Source: Octopus bimaculoides
Taxonomy: Eukaryota
Direction: 5' to 3'
Length of the DNA stretch: 64,000 nt
Assembly (NCBI RefSeq): GCF_001194135.2
Contig: NC_069001.1
Coordinates: forward strand, 23,455,528 to 23,519,527
Shown: in pieces, positions 49,300 through 63,439 of the stretch
How the letters are laid out: each line of letters opens with the position of its first letter
How positions within the stretch are numbered: position 1 is the first letter of the stretch
Made by a program: the position numbers and the translations under genes
The notes under the pieces: generated by a model
Databases searched by the model: none
The model's input: the letters and a program-made list of their open reading frames with translations, nothing else
Told to the model about the DNA's origin: nothing

Positions 49300-50399
49300 G
49301 ATGTTTTCTACTATTCCGTACAGGTAATATTTTGATAGATTTTAAAAGCTTTCCTTCTTCCCTTTTTTATCTTCCTCTTTCTACACTTCACCCTTTTATA
49401 TTCAATAATTTAAGAATGTCACTTCATTTTTATTTATTTTGTGATTTAAGAATGTTGCTATATTTTCATACATTTCGTGATTTAAGGATGACACGAATTC
49501 AATAACTACAAAAATAACAACATATTTAAATTTATATTTCAAGAGATAATCATATTCTCGAAAATATGTTGCCTATATATCTATAATATTTAAGAGTTGC
49601 AATGCGGATTCTTCACCACCAACCTAACAGTTTAAACCTTGCCTGAAAATTGCCTTCATTCCTGTGTCTGATAATCTGGTCACTGAACTTTGGGGTAAAT
49701 GTTGTTATTAATTTTATTTAGCACTATTAACAATACAGAAGATTTTGTCTTCAGAAATATTTATTATACATTTCTGTCAAAATATCCATTAACTCTAAGA
49801 ATTCCCAAAATTGATTCCGAAAATCTTGGGTATTTCAGGGTGAGAAAATGCTTCAACTGAGAAACAAGTAAAAGAATAAAAGAACATGTATGCATGTGTA
49901 AATGTGTGTGTGTGTGTGTGTGTGTATGCACGTGCATGTGTGCATATATGTATGTGTGTGTATATATTTTGGGCAAGTGTCTTCTACTATAGCCTCGGGT
50001 TGACCAAAGCCTTACGAGTGGATTTGGTAGCTGGAAACTGAAAGAAGCCTGTCATATCATCAGGGTCATCATCAGTTAATATTCACTTTCCATGCTGGCA
50101 TGGGTTACATGGTTTGACTGGAACTGGTTAGTTGAAGGGCTGCACCAGGGTCCGGTCTGATTTGGCTTGGTTTCTATGGCTGGATGCCCTTCCTAATGCC
50201 AACCACTCCAAGAATGTAAAGGGTGCTTTTTATATGACCCCAGCAATGGCCACAACTACAATTACACATCTATATACGCACATATGTATGTGCGTGCATG
50301 TGAAAATATGCACATATTAGATGTGTTTTAACCTTATAGCTTTCTCACACTTTCTTCTGTATTTTATTTTAGCACTATAATTTTTTTTGCATGCGTGTG

Positions 50400-50828
50400 T
50401 ATGGGTGCGAGGTTGTTGAGTGCGTGCGTGTAGGTGTGTGTGTGTGCGGGTACACCCATGTATGCAGGTATATATATATGTATATGTACATATATGTATA
50501 GTTTTTGGTGAGTATATGGATGAGCGTGTGTGTGTTTCAAGCGAGGGTGGTTTAGTATATACATATATGGATTGGTGCGCTTACGCAAACACTTTAGACT
50601 TTTCCACTCCCTTACCTTTACTCCCTCCCCTTACTTAGAGGTCTATAGCTCTTTTGTCTTAATAACGGTCAACCACACAGTAATTTCCCTTTGTTTAACG
50701 GTCATTTTTCACAGGAATTTTCAATGGCCGGATAACTGAAGAGATGTTGGCATGGGTTCCCACCCCGGCATCCGAAACTCGGAGTTTTATCACGGCTACC
50801 GAATAAGTGTCACATATTTTTACAGATA
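50400..50828 (+). mobile_element. Hammerhead-bearing non-coding element, copy 2
   Basis: Reverse-complement similarity to 16203-16600. It ends in (TA)n and an N-gap. Confidence 0.65.
50727..50796 (+). ncRNA. Type I minimal hammerhead ribozyme motif (best-formed copy)
   Basis: Stem I gccggataa/ttatc(a)cggc, CTGAAGA at 50736-50742, stem II gatg...catc plus one extra C, GAAA at 50774-50777, stem III ctc-g-gag, and triplet GUU at 50784-50786. Confidence 0.65.
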
Positions 50829-51649
50829 TATATATATAATTATATATATATATNNNNNNNNNNNNNNNNNNNNNNNNNNNNNNNNNNNNNNNNNNNNNNN
50901 NNNNNNNNNNNNNNNNNNNNNNNNNNNNNNNNNNNNNNNNNNNNNNNNNNNNNNNNNNNNNNNNNNNNNNNNNNNNNNNNNNNNNNNNNNNNNNNNNNNN
51001 NNNNNNNNNNNNNNNNNNNNNNNNNNNNNNNNNNNNNNNNNNNNNNNNNNNNNNNNNNNNNNNNNNNNNNNNNNNNNNNNNNNNNNNNNNNNNNNNNNNN
51101 NNNNNNNNNNNNNNNNNNNNNNNNNNNNNNNNNNNNNNNNNNNNNNNNNNNNNNNNNNNNNNNNNNNNNNNNNNNNNNNNNNNNNNNNNNNNNNNNNNNN
51201 NNNNNNNNNNNNNNNNNNNNNNNNNNNNNNNNNNNNNNNNNNNNNNNNNNNNNNNNNNNNNNNNNNNNNNNNNNNNNNNNNNNNNNNNNNNNNNNNNNNN
51301 NNNNNNNNNNNNNNNNNNNNNNNNNNNNNNNNNNNNNNNNNNNNNNNNNNNNNNNNNNNNNNNNNNNNNNNNNNNNNNNNNNNNNNNNNNNNNNNNNNNN
51401 NNNNNNNNNNNNNNNNNNNNNNNNNNNNNNNNNNNNNNNNNNNNNNNNNNNNNNNNNNNNNNNNNNNNNNNNNNNNNNNNNNNNNNNNNNNNNNNNNNNN
51501 NNNNNNNNNNNNNNNNNNNNNNNNNNNNNNNNNNNNNNNNNNNNNNNNNNNNNNNNNNNNNNNNNNNNNNNNNNNNNNNNNNNNNNNNNNNNNNNNNNNN
51601 NNNNNNNNNNNNNNNNNNNNNNNNNNNNNNNNNNNNNNNNNNNNNNNTC

Positions 51650-51965
51650 CTTGTTCAGTCCTGCTGTATGTCACCTTGAGCAAGGGTCTTCTACTACAGC
51701 CTTGGGCCAACCAAAGCCTTGTAAGTGGATTCGGTAGACAGAATTGAAAGGAGCCCATTGTATATATATATATGTGTGTGTGTGTGTGTGCCTGTGTTTG
51801 GGTGTCTGTGTTTGTCCCTCCACCATCACTTGAGAACTGATGTTGGTCTTTTTACGTCCCTGTAACTTAGCATTTTGTCAAAGGAGACTGATAGAATAAG
51901 TATTAGGCTTACAAAGAATAAGTCTTGGGGTCGATTTGTTCGACTAAAGGTGGTGCTCCAGCATG
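51650..51965 (+). mobile_element. SINE family A, 5' end lost in gap
   Basis: ccttgagcaagggtcttctactacagccttgggccaaccaaagccttgtaagtggattcggtagac...ggtggtgctccagcatgg. Confidence 0.8.
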
Positions 51966-52739
51966 GACAGGCCAATGATGGCTTAGCTATCTGAAACTTT
52001 GAAATCATTGTCTATGCTCTTGTTAATGAATAAAATTATGTTCTACAAAAAGTATTTAGCAATCCTTCAGAATAATGTAAAATTATTTTAATTTTAACTT
52101 AACATAGAAACAATTATTTATACATAGATATACAGTCACACATATACATGTATACATATATGTATACCATCACAAAAACACACACACATATACATACATA
52201 CATACATACACACATGCTTACATACTTATATACATTCATAAAAATGGCTTGCTTTTGTGATGCTAATCAATCTAATCAAAACACTGAGAACTAGCCAAAA
52301 TCTGCCAGATAAGAGATTAAAAATAACATAAAGAAACCACTGCCACTATCACTAAGTCCTTGTGTATCTCCAAATGTAGTTGAGTCAACAGAGACGATTG
52401 TGGAATATATGCAAATTAGAATAATCTCGAAATGAAACTACAGTTTATTGGAAACTTTTCCACTTTCTTGAAGCTATCATTGAGTAACAGGTCATTCTCA
52501 ATAAGATTATGGAAAAATCCAACTGCTCTAATGTTGAAAGATATTGACAATGTCACTGGAGAACCCATGGAATTGTATCATGTGATGGTAATTACTGGAA
52601 TATTTATACCCTCATATACACAACTGATATCACTCTTAGAGAAAAACTAGGATAAATCTGCAGTATAAATGTAATCTACAGTATACATGTAATGAAACTA
52701 CTAAACAGAAGCAAGCTAGATGGAAAACAAAACTTGAAG

Positions 52740-55200
52740 ACATCAACAATCTATGCCTCCATATTGGATGGTTAATTACAATAAAATATAAAGGGAATAA
52801 TGAGGTTACACCTTACCAATTACATCTCATGCATGAATTATCAAAACTCTGTGGTGAATTTTCACACCAAGCTCTTGTGGGGAAAGCTAATTTCTCTAAA
52901 GCATGAAATTGGAAGCTAGGTGAAAAACTCCGCAACTGCAGGCAAGTGTTTGAAAAAAACCAGTATAAATCATAGAGCTGCAGAAGGAAAACATTACTGT
53001 TAAGAAAACACGCCCTCTCAAGAAGATCTTGAACCATTCTGGTCTAAAATCTGAAATGTGAAGAGGGATTTCAACTTTAATACATGGTGGCTAAATACAG
53101 TCAGGAGAGAATACTGTACCAATATCAACAGTGAAACATACACAAATGACTTGAAAGCTTTCATTATAGCTGTAGCTGAACTGCATAATGGGAAGGCAAC
53201 TGGAAATGACCTAATGGTTAGATATTGGTACAAGAGGCTGACATTTTACAGGAACCCATTAATGAATATTCAAAAGACCTATGAAAGGTCAGATTACTGT
53301 ACCAAATTAGCTTGCTATTGCATGGACGAACCTTGTGGCCAAGGCAGAAAACTATAGGCTCATTGCTTGCCTAGACATTATGTACAAAGTGTATGCAAGC
53401 TGCCTCAACCAATTCCTCCAGGACTGTTGTGAGTTTCACAACATATTGACTGATGAACAGACAGGTGGAAAGCAAGGAGTGTGCTGAACAACTTTTAATC
53501 AACAAAACTGTACTGTCTGAAGTAAGAAAACACCATAGAAGCCTTGTGACAGAATGGTTTAATTATAAGAAGGTCTTCACCTTTTTCCTCACTCATGGCA
53601 TCAACATTTGATAAAAGTACCTGTTATCTTTGTTGCTGCCTTTGAAAGATATATAAAGACCTGGGTAACAATTTTTACATTTACAGCTAAGAGCAGAATG
53701 AATGTCTCCAATGTTATGAATATTTCAAAGAAAATATTGCAAGAAGATAATCTTTCTGTAATTCTGTTCATTTTAGCATTAAATCCATTATCATTCCTGC
53801 CACAAAAATCAAATGGCTAATGCTAGGGTCTGCAAACTGTTAAAGATATTAATATAATCCATGATTTCTTTGTAAATGAAGATTTATGCTAAAAAGGTTG
53901 ACAATGTTGAAAAACAGGTGAAGTTAATAACATTTTCAGCTGACAAAGGAATGGAATTTGGCAGAAAACAAAAAAAAAAAAGGTTCATATTTGAATGTTG
54001 AAAATAAAACCTCAGTCTCACAGACCCCAAAACATGTGCTTCGATGATCTCAATATTTCTCCTGTTTCACACAATGAATGATGTAAAAATATCTAGGCAT
54101 AGATGAAAATAAATCATATGGATGTGCTGGGAATAAATATAGAGTGACCCAAGAATATTACACCAGACTTAGAAAAATATGAGTTGGAACTCTTCTCTTA
54201 CAAAATTTGGGATACTTGATTGGTCCGTAGAGGAAACCCACTCCATAATAAACATTAAAACCTGCAAGATCCTGACATCAACTGGAAACTTTCATATAAA
54301 CAGTAACGTCAAGAGATGAATGAAGTAAGAGACTTAAGATCAGTGGAGACAGCCTTTGAATGTCATATAATCTCTCTCAGAGTGCACCTTCAGTCATGAA
54401 TGACCACGGGATTGCACCTAAGAAGTTACCCTCTGAGGCACAAGTCCGGGCTCTTCTCTCCATGCCACTGATGTTATCCAAGGGAAAGGCAAAGGCTGAT
54501 ACAATTGGCACCAATAATGTCACAACTCGTTTCCACAGCTGAGTGAACTGGAACAATGTAAAATAAAATGTGTTGCTCAAGAACACAACACACTGCCTAG
54601 TCCGGAAATTGAACTCACTAGCTCGTGATTGTGAGCCCAACACTCTAACCGCTGTGCCATGTGCCTTCACTACCTTCTATACAATAGTAACAAAAATCGA
54701 TACATAGACATAGTGCTGAAAAGTGAAGCAAACAAAATCCTATGAGTTCCTCAGGAAGCACTTTCTTCCTGATGATCTCCCATACAACTCCAAGACAGCT
54801 GGACTAATATACTTCACAAAAGACCTGAACGTGAATGCTCAGCACACCAAAAAAGACTATGCATGGCTATGTGTTTTCTAAAGACTTGAAGAGAACAGCC
54901 TCTTTTAGACTTGTGATGATTACATCACATCACACTTTGATAGTTATGTATCAGCAATCCAAGAACAGGAGATTGTCACAAAATACTTAATTAACAAAAG
55001 AGACAATGAAGCCTTTGGGGCCCAAAGAGGCAATCAAAAATGTTGATTATGTGATATTTTTGTGGAAGGCATCACACTTGAGATTAGCAACTAACCAAAA
55101 ATGTCATCAAGCCACTACCGCTCTTTGTGACACAACATTGTTGCTAAAACAATATACAATGCCATTTGAAGAGAAGACTATCCTGGAATAAATACAGTTA
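52740..55200 (+). mobile_element. Degenerate R4/Dong-like LINE, RT region, interrupted by a SINE
   Basis: PSQEDLEPFWSKI, NYRLIACLDIMYKVYAS, EQTGGKQG, ILQEDNLSVILFILALNPLS and YVSAIQEQEIVTKYL. Confidence 0.85.
54392..54668 (-). mobile_element. SINE family C nested in the R4/Dong-like LINE
   Basis: Same family as 20115-20432. The LINE reading resumes on the far side. Confidence 0.8.
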
Positions 55201-55535
55201 TTGACAACATGTGTGTGTGTAATCATCATCATCATTTAACATTCTTTGTCCATACTGGAGAGCTGCACCAGACTCCAGTTTGATTTGGCTTGGTTTCTAT
55301 GACTGGATGCCCTTCCTAATGCCACCCACTTTAAAAGGTGTGGTGGGTAATTTTATGTGAGAGCACTTTTATGTGGCACCACCACATGTACTTTACATCA
55401 CCAGAGGAACCAGTCTTAACACATCTACTGTGGAGTATGCATCTACCTGAGTACAGCAAGGCACCAGATGTCTCAGTCCTTTATCATCTCACCTGAAAGG
55501 TTCAGCATCCTGAGATTGTTCTTCAGTACTTAGTA

Positions 55536-55571
<36 letters not shown>

Positions 55572-55867
55572 TATGTGTATATATATGCATATGTGTGTAT
55601 ATATATATATATATATATNNNNNNNNNNNNNNNNNNNNNNNNNNNNNNNNNNNNNNNNNNNNNNNNNNNNNNNNNNNNNNNNNNNNNNNNNNNNNNNNNN
55701 NNNNNNNNNNNNNNNNNNNNNNNNNNNNNNNNNNNNNNNNNNNNNNNNNNNNNNNNNNNNNNNNNNNNNNNNNNNNNNNNNNNNNNNNNNNNNNNNNNNN
55801 NNNNNNNNNNNNNNNNNNNNNNNNNNNNNNNNNNNNNNNNNNNNNNNNNNNNNNNNNNNNNNNNNNN

Positions 55868-55914
<47 letters not shown>

Positions 55915-55919
<5 letters not shown>

Positions 55920-56865
55920 GGACGTGGAAAAGGCCTTAATGATGAAGAAAAGTCTGCCACCATCAAAGAAAGTGCTTATGGCAACTCTCTTCAGGTCATT
56001 GCAGAGAAGTTAGGTCATCATGCAGACACGGTTAGATAATTCCTGAAGAACTCTTCGCCAAGAAAGAAACGATCTGTTTGTGGAACCTCCAAGACTGTGA
56101 TAGCTAGGGATTTGAGGAATATTGGACAAACAAGCAAAGCCATTTTCATCGCCTCTGGACTTCCTCGTGTACCAAAAACCACCATAAATCACATCCTCAG
56201 GACCATAGCTTCCGTGCAAGAATCCCTGAAACTGTCTCCTTTAACATCCCATCACAGGAGTTTGCAGCCCAAGAGTACATGACATTAGACATGAGATGTG
56301 TTCTGTTTAATGATGAAACCAGGGTGACCCTTGATGGACCTGACTGTTGGGCAAATGGTTGAGTCCATTTTAGAGATGAGCATCACCAACGTTTACAACG
56401 TCAACAACAGGATGGAGGAGCCATATTGAGGGCTGATATCATTGGAGACAGACTTGTTGGCCCAGTCAGGGTGCCTGATAGGATTAAAGTGACTGCTGCC
56501 ACATATTGTAATCTCCTGAAGGGGGTGTTGGATCCCTCGCTAGATTATATACCACTGTCACTTCTAAGGAATCTCTTATCCATGCATAACAACACTCCCT
56601 CCCACTCTGCTAGGATCACCTAAACAATACTAGGGTCTTACAGCATACAAAGTGAGAGGTTGATGGTGTGGCCACCAGCACCTCTGGATCTCAACCCTAT
56701 CGAAAATCTTTGGAACATCATTAAACAAGATGTTTATGCTGATGGATGTCAATTTATGTTGAAAGATGTCTTATGGCTGACCATCCTGCTACTATTAAGA
56801 AATTGACAGATTCCATGACTAATAGAGATTTTGAAGTTATCTGTCAAAATGGCACTCATGAGACT
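55915..56865 (+). mobile_element. Degenerate Tc1-like (DD34E-type) transposase
   Basis: MGRGKGLNDEEK..IAEKLGHHADTV, VLFNDETRVTLDGPD, MHNNTPSHSA and MVWPPAPLDLNPIENLWNIIKQDVY. Confidence 0.85.
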
Positions 56866-58444
56866 AAATAATTCATTATGTCGTTAGATGTTATATATTA
56901 TTACAGTTTCCTGTTAAATACATACTCAATGTATACTTAATATGTATCATTACCCTTCATTTTGTGGGGAAAAAAATGTCTAAATAGGCTATTTTCATTC
57001 AAAAGCTGTTAGCGTGGTTCACCTAAAAACTGAAGAATCTGAAATAAAAAAGAAAGGGCATTAGACAGAATAAGGAAAACATAACAATGGTGTTGCTTGC
57101 TATAGTGTGCAAACCAGCTGGGAAAGTTTTATCAAAATCGATTCACAGAAAACTGAGAAATCCTAAATTTCACACCTAAGCTATTAGCATGGTCCTGGGT
57201 GTATGTATGTATGTATATATATATATATATATNNNNNNNNNNNNNNNNNNNNNNNNNNNNNNNNNNNNNNNNNNNNNNNNNNNNNNNNNNNNNNNNNNNN
57301 NNNNNNNNNNNNNNNNNNNNNNNNNNNNNNNNNNNNNNNNNNNNNNNNNNNNNNNNNNNNNNNNNNNNNNNNNNNNNNNNNNNNNNNNNNNNNNNNNNNN
57401 NNNNNNNNNNNNNNNNNNNNNNNNNNNNNNNNNNNNNNNNNNNNNNNNNNNNNNNNNNNNNNNNNNNNNNNNNNNNNNNNNNNNNNNNNNNNNNNNNNNN
57501 NNNNNNNNNNNNNNNNNNNNNNNNNNNNNNNNNNNNNNNNNNNNNNNNNNNNNNNNNNNNNNNNNNNNNNNNNNNNNNNNNNNNNNNNNNNNNNNNNNNN
57601 NNNNNNNNNNNNNNNNNNNNNNNNNNNNNNNNNNNNNNNNNNNNNNNNNNNNNNNNNNNNNNNNNNNNNNNNNNNNNNNNNNNNNNNNNNNNNNNNNNNN
57701 NNNNNNNNNNNNNNNNNNNNNNNNNNNNNNNNNNNNNNNNNNNNNNNNNNNNNNNNNNNNNNNNNNNNNNNNNNNNNNNNNNNNNNNNNNNNNNNNNNNN
57801 NNNNNNNNNNNNNNNNNNNNNNNNNNNNNNNNNNNNNNNNNNNNNNNNNNNNNNNNNNNNNNNNNNNNNNNNNNNNNNNNNNNNNNNNNNNNNNNNNNNN
57901 NNNNNNNNNNNNNNNNNNNNNNNNNNNNNNNNNNNNNNNNNNNNNNNNNNNNNNNNNNNNNNNNNNNNNNNNNNNNNNNNNNNNNNNNNNNNNNNNNNNN
58001 NNNNNNNNNNNNNNNNNNNNNNNNNNNNNNNNNNNNNNNNNNNNNNNNNNNNNNNNNNNNNNNNNNNNNNNNNNNNNNNNNNNNNNNNNNNNNNNNNNNN
58101 NNNNNNNNNNNNNNNNNNNNNNNNNNNNNNNNNNNNNNNNNNNNNNNNNNNNNNNNNNNNNNNNNNNNNNNNNNNNNNNNNNNNNNNNNNNNNNNNNNNN
58201 NNNNNNTATATATATATATATATGTTTATAATGTGTGTATGTGTGTGCACCACCTTGTAACATGGGTATACACCCTGTTACATCTTCGCCATCCTCTCTC
58301 TCTCTCTCTCTCCATCTAAGGTTACCATGTTCCTCTTCTAGTGCATAAAACCTACTTCTGTCCTTCAATACTGCTCATCCCCCCACTTCCAGTTACTTGA
58401 TGACCTCTCTGCTGCTGATTCTCTGGGTCTCTTTTGGTGGACTA

Positions 58445-58528
58445 CTAGGTTACAGGGATGCAAACACAGCAACAGCAGTTGTCAAGTGATAGTGGGGGGG
58501 AGGACAAATACACACACGCATATGCACA

Positions 58529-58613
<85 letters not shown>

Positions 58614-58770
58614 CGGGCTTCTTTCAATTTCTGTCTACCAAACCCTCTCACAAGGCTTTGGTCAGCTCGAGGCTATAGTAGAAGGCAGCCAAGGTGCCAT
58701 GCAGTAGAACTGAACCCAGAACCATGTGGTTGGGAAGCAAGCTTCTCACCACACAGCCATGCCTGCACCT
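58445..58770 (-). mobile_element. SINE family A with long internal (CA)n
   Basis: cgggcttctttcaatttctgtctaccaaac...gggaagcaagcttctcaccacacagccatgcctgcacc. Confidence 0.8.
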
Positions 58771-59642
58771 ATTTTATATATATATATATATATATATTAA
58801 TTAATGCTATAATTACAACATGAATGTCAATGGCCATAATATATTGTTATTCGATTTTAGAAAAACTACATATTTATAGAAACTCACCAATAAAAAGAAA
58901 GTGACATGTTGATAAATCATCGGAATTGACTTCATGCCATTGTAGTACTAATCATCATCATCGTTTAACGTCCGCTTTCCATGCTAGCATGGAAATGCTT
59001 ATAAAAAATGTTTACTATGTCTTCTTAAAAAAAATGGATGACTGAATATTTGGCCGAATGCGATTTGAAAACTAACGATTAATGAATATTAATCCCACTT
59101 GATGTTAATAACCAGTGTTTAATATTTAATATTGGTTTGGCAGAAATGACAGAGTGCTGAATGCAGTCGTCATCATCATTGTTGTCATCATCACCATCAC
59201 CATCATCATTGTTTTAGCAGTAAATTCATGCATAGAAGGGTCAGAGGAGAGTAATGTTTTGGGCTGAGATTCCTGTGACAGGATTCCTTTCCTATTGCTA
59301 ATCATCGCTTGTTTCCAAGTGAGGTAATAATCTACAAGTCTATTAGAAAAATAAACGGTCCACATGAGTTTACATAGACAACAGGAGACAAACAACGCTG
59401 ATAGTAATGCCATTGTTTACTATCAGTGAATGAAACACTCGTGCAAACAAGAAAAATATGAACTCACACAAATACATACATACAGGCATACATACAACTA
59501 CAAGAATACATACATACACACAAACACAGACACAGACATGCATGTAATTTATTTTTCCATTAAGGTAGGATGAATGAAAAAAGTACTCTCCCTGATGAGA
59601 GAGAAATATTGTCTTATGTATACAGTATATAGTTATGAGCTA

Positions 59643-60000
59643 CAGTGATAGCTCGCAGTACGAGTTTAATTCATTCCATGACTGAGTTCATCTTATGATT
59701 TACTCGTTTTACAAATCAATTTTCCCATTGAAATTAACTAAAATATAATTAATCTGTCCCAGCACTCCAAAACTACTCAAAAATAATTGTTTATGGGTTT
59801 TAAAACAGAAAAGTTGTAGTCACAAGTAAAATGATAATTATGAAAAAGAAGAGAATACAAAAGAAATATGTAAACTGGTTTTAATTAACTGAATTACCTC
59901 AAAGATGGGACGATTTGTGCTTGACAAAAATTCGCACAAGTCTCGGCTCGTGCAGCAAATTATTTGTACAATGGGGTATTTGTACTGCAAGGTTCTACTG
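59643..60000. mobile_element. Non-autonomous Tigger/pogo-like MITE
   Basis: TA+cagtgatagctcgcagtac... and ...gtactgcaaggttctactg form imperfect TIRs of about 20 bp. Confidence 0.65.
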
Positions 60001-60779
60001 TGCATATATTGAAGAAAAACAGGATTTAAAACATACCTAGTGTTGCCAAGCAACTTTTGGGCTCTGAGCACATAGCCTATACATGTTATAATTGAGGACA
60101 TAGAAAAGAGAAATCATGAGAAAAAAATGAGATGAAGGTGTGTTCAAAAAGTGGAATGGTGAAAAAAAAAAAAAACAGATAAAGAAAGGAAAAAGAAGTG
60201 ATTAGAGTTATGTCCCCTTTGACCATGGAGTCTTAAAACTAAATGGTGTTGAATCAATGGAAGGTGTCTAATGTCTGTGATACAGCTGCTCAATTCGGAG
60301 AAGGTGGTGTTCTCCTATTTGTCAAAAGAAACTTGTTCATATGTTCGCATGTGAGGAAAATTTCTGATCTTGAATTCAGTAGTGCTGTGGAATTCTTAGG
60401 TCTTAAAAGGACATGTGGATACTCTAACAACGATTTGGAGAAGTTTGGTTTGTTATATTCAACTTGAGTTAAACATTTTAGCACCATGCACCACTTCCTA
60501 GCATAGCATGAAATATATATGTAAATATATATATTTTATCTCTTACATCTTTCAGTCAATGGATTGCAGCCATGCTGAGACACTGCCTTGAAGGAGTTTT
60601 AACTAAATGAATGAAGGACTTTTAACCAATACTAAATCTTTTTAATCCTATTACTTATTCTATTGTTCTCTTTCTGTGGAGCTGCTAACTTACAGAGACA
60701 TAAACAAGCCAACATGGGTTGTCAACAAAATCACGTTAATAGGGAGTCTCCCCCTTATATGAACTCAATAGAGGGACCA

Positions 60780-62410
60780 GCTATTTGAGTTGACAGCAGT
60801 ATAATAGATAAGGCAATTACAGATTTGAAGACAGAGAAGATCCTTCATCCATTGGAAGTTACTGCTGAGCTGTTTAAAGTATCTGGTAAAATACGATATG
60901 GCCTCATCACCCATATAATTAATGAAGTTATTCAGGAAGGTGTCTTCCTCAATGACTGGTGTAGCAGCATTATTGTCAACTGCTACAAGGTAAGAATGAT
61001 GCCTTAAAAAGAAGTAATGACGGAGGCATCAAATTGTAGGACCAAGTCATGAAAGTTATGGAAAGAGATAAAGCCCAGTTAATTAGGAACAAAATGAGAT
61101 TAAATGAAATGCAGTTTGGCTTTGTTTTTGAGAGAAGCACCACTGACAGTATTTTTATATCAGTTAGCTGTAGGAAGAGTATTTGGCTAAGAACACACAA
61201 CTGTATGTAGCGTTTGTGGACCTGGAGAAAGCATTCAACAGAGTATCCTATTGTGTGATACGGTGGTCTCTGAGGAAGCTAGGAGTAGATGAGTAGATGC
61301 TTGTGAAGGCTGTACAGGCCATGGACAGAGGTTCTGTCAGTAACATGAAAGTTAACCATGTGTATAGCGATGAATTTAGTGTACAGGTAGGCCTTTGTCA
61401 GGGGTCAGTTTTCAGTTCCTTTCAATTCATCATTGCTGTCCAGACCATAACTGAGGAATTCAAGACTGGCTTCCCCTGGAAACTGTTATATGTTGATGAT
61501 CTTGCTCTAAAAGCAGATTCTTTTCTACAGAACTAGAAAAGAAATTCTATGTGTGGAAGCAGAAGCTGGAATCAAAGGACTTTAAGGTTAACTTAGTAAG
61601 ACAAAGGTTCAAGTAAGCAAGAAAATAAATAGGACCCTACCCACTTCAGATAAATGTAAGAAAGATGTAGGCAGAAGTTCCATAGGATGTACCCAGGGCA
61701 AGTAAGGACATGCAAGAGATTCAGTGAAATAAAAGTTAATATAGGAAGTGGTGTTTATATGTACAGGAGCCATATAAACTACAGAAACTTGGGAAATCGA
61801 TTTTCACAAATACCATGGAGGCTCTTTAAAGGTAGTGGATAATTTCTGCTATCTAGGTGAGTTAATTAGCAGTGGAAGAGGATGTACTGTGTGCATAATT
61901 GCTAGAATAAGAATAGAATGGAGAAAGTTCAGAGAGCTTTTACCTCTATTGGCAACCTCTCTTTCTGAGTGAAAAAAAGATTGTATGCTGCATGTATACA
62001 AATAGCAGTGCTACATGGTAGTGAGATGTAGGCCTTGAATGTAGAGAACGTTCAAAGATTAGAGAGCAACGAAGCTAGCATGCTCTGCTAGATGTGCAAT
62101 GTCAATGAACATGTGTGACAGAGTGGTAGTGTATTGAGTTGAAAGTTAGGCATAAATTGGATTAGATGCAGTGTGCAAAAGAAAAGACTGCTGGATTGGT
62201 CATGCGATGTGCATGGATGAGGATAGGTGCATAAAGAAGTGCCGATCACTTAAAGTAGATGGATGTTGTGAAAAAAAGGAGACTCAAGAGGACATAGTAT
62301 AAAATATTGAAGATTGATCTCAAGATGTTATGCCTTAGAAAGGAGATGACAAAAGACCAAGATATCTGATACTTTGCTGTACTCAAGAAGATTCAGCCAC
62401 CAGAACAGAA
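60780..62410 (+). mobile_element. Degenerate RTE LINE (RT to C-terminus)
   Basis: DWCSSIIVNCYKGK, MQFGF, AFVDLEKAFNRV, LLYVDDLAL and VVDNFCYLG...WRKFRELLPLL. Confidence 0.9.
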
Positions 62411-63439
62411 TTGATTTCCTAAAACCACCTTGGTAATGCCTGTCCATGAAGGGCTCAGCCCCACCCACACCTCTATTCCCTCTGTCCTATCAGCCATCCC
62501 CCCCCCCAGATTTCATTTCCTAACACCCATCACTTTTTTATCCCCTGAGAGTAGAATAGACACATACTATATCTTCCTGCTTTCTCAATTACCTTTCGTC
62601 CCCCACGCCAAACCACTTCCAATTCCCAATACCTGCCTCCACCTCCTGTCTCCAATAAACTCCACCTTTCTGTGCCTTCTCTCCCCTGTGCTTTTCTCCA
62701 TCATTGATACCTCACTTATCTACTGTCACCATCAATGCCCGCACATATCTGCTGCAACCTTACCCCCCAAGCTGCTTCTATATTTCTCTCCATATGCTAC
62801 AGCCACCTCTTTCCTGCCCACTCACTCAGTCCAAACCTCTGTATTGCTTCACTTATTCTCATCACCCTCAACGTCCTCTGAGGACATGTACCAACACATC
62901 TTTGCCACCATCTCTCTCACTATCACTCTCACTCTCACATCTTTGCCACCATCTCTCTCACTACCACTCTCTTTATTTCATTGGCTCAAGTTCTTAAAAA
63001 TTATACTGGGATCAATTTGATCAACTAAACTTTTTTCAAATCAAACCCAGCATGACCAATATGGTCATATCCCAATAATTGAAACAAGTAAAAGAATAAA
63101 AGATTAGAATATCTAAATCTACATTATTACATTGTGACTTTTTAAGATAAAACATGTATGACTTGAGGGATAATTAACTGTTATTTCTAGCAGTTCATTT
63201 GATTTGTATAGAGACTCAACTGTTGGTTGATCTAGTATTGTTATCTGAATAGGTGAAAATGTCCCTTATTTTGTCAAATGATATGAATTAGAAATTGTTC
63301 TGTTCTCACTTTTCTTACGGAGAGAAACAGAATACTTGGCCAATGTACAGGTGCTAAAAAGTTAAAGCAATGCAAGACAAGTTTAAGGAAAGCAACGTTT
63401 GAAGAAAATATCATCAGTTTTTTATACTTTCTAGGGGCA

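Noticed and set aside
59590-59615. CTGATGA-gaga-GAAA motif
   Set aside because: There is no room for stem II and no stem I pairing, so it is a chance match.
60243-60487. Overlapping 65-74 aa ORFs; GGVLLFVKRNL resembles a LINE APE endonuclease motif
   Set aside because: A single short motif only. It is at best a LINE relic and not supportable as a gene.
62430-63020. 196 aa ORF rich in P/S/L/T
   Set aside because: It is a pyrimidine-rich low-complexity tract with a local 41 bp duplication, and stop avoidance is compositional.
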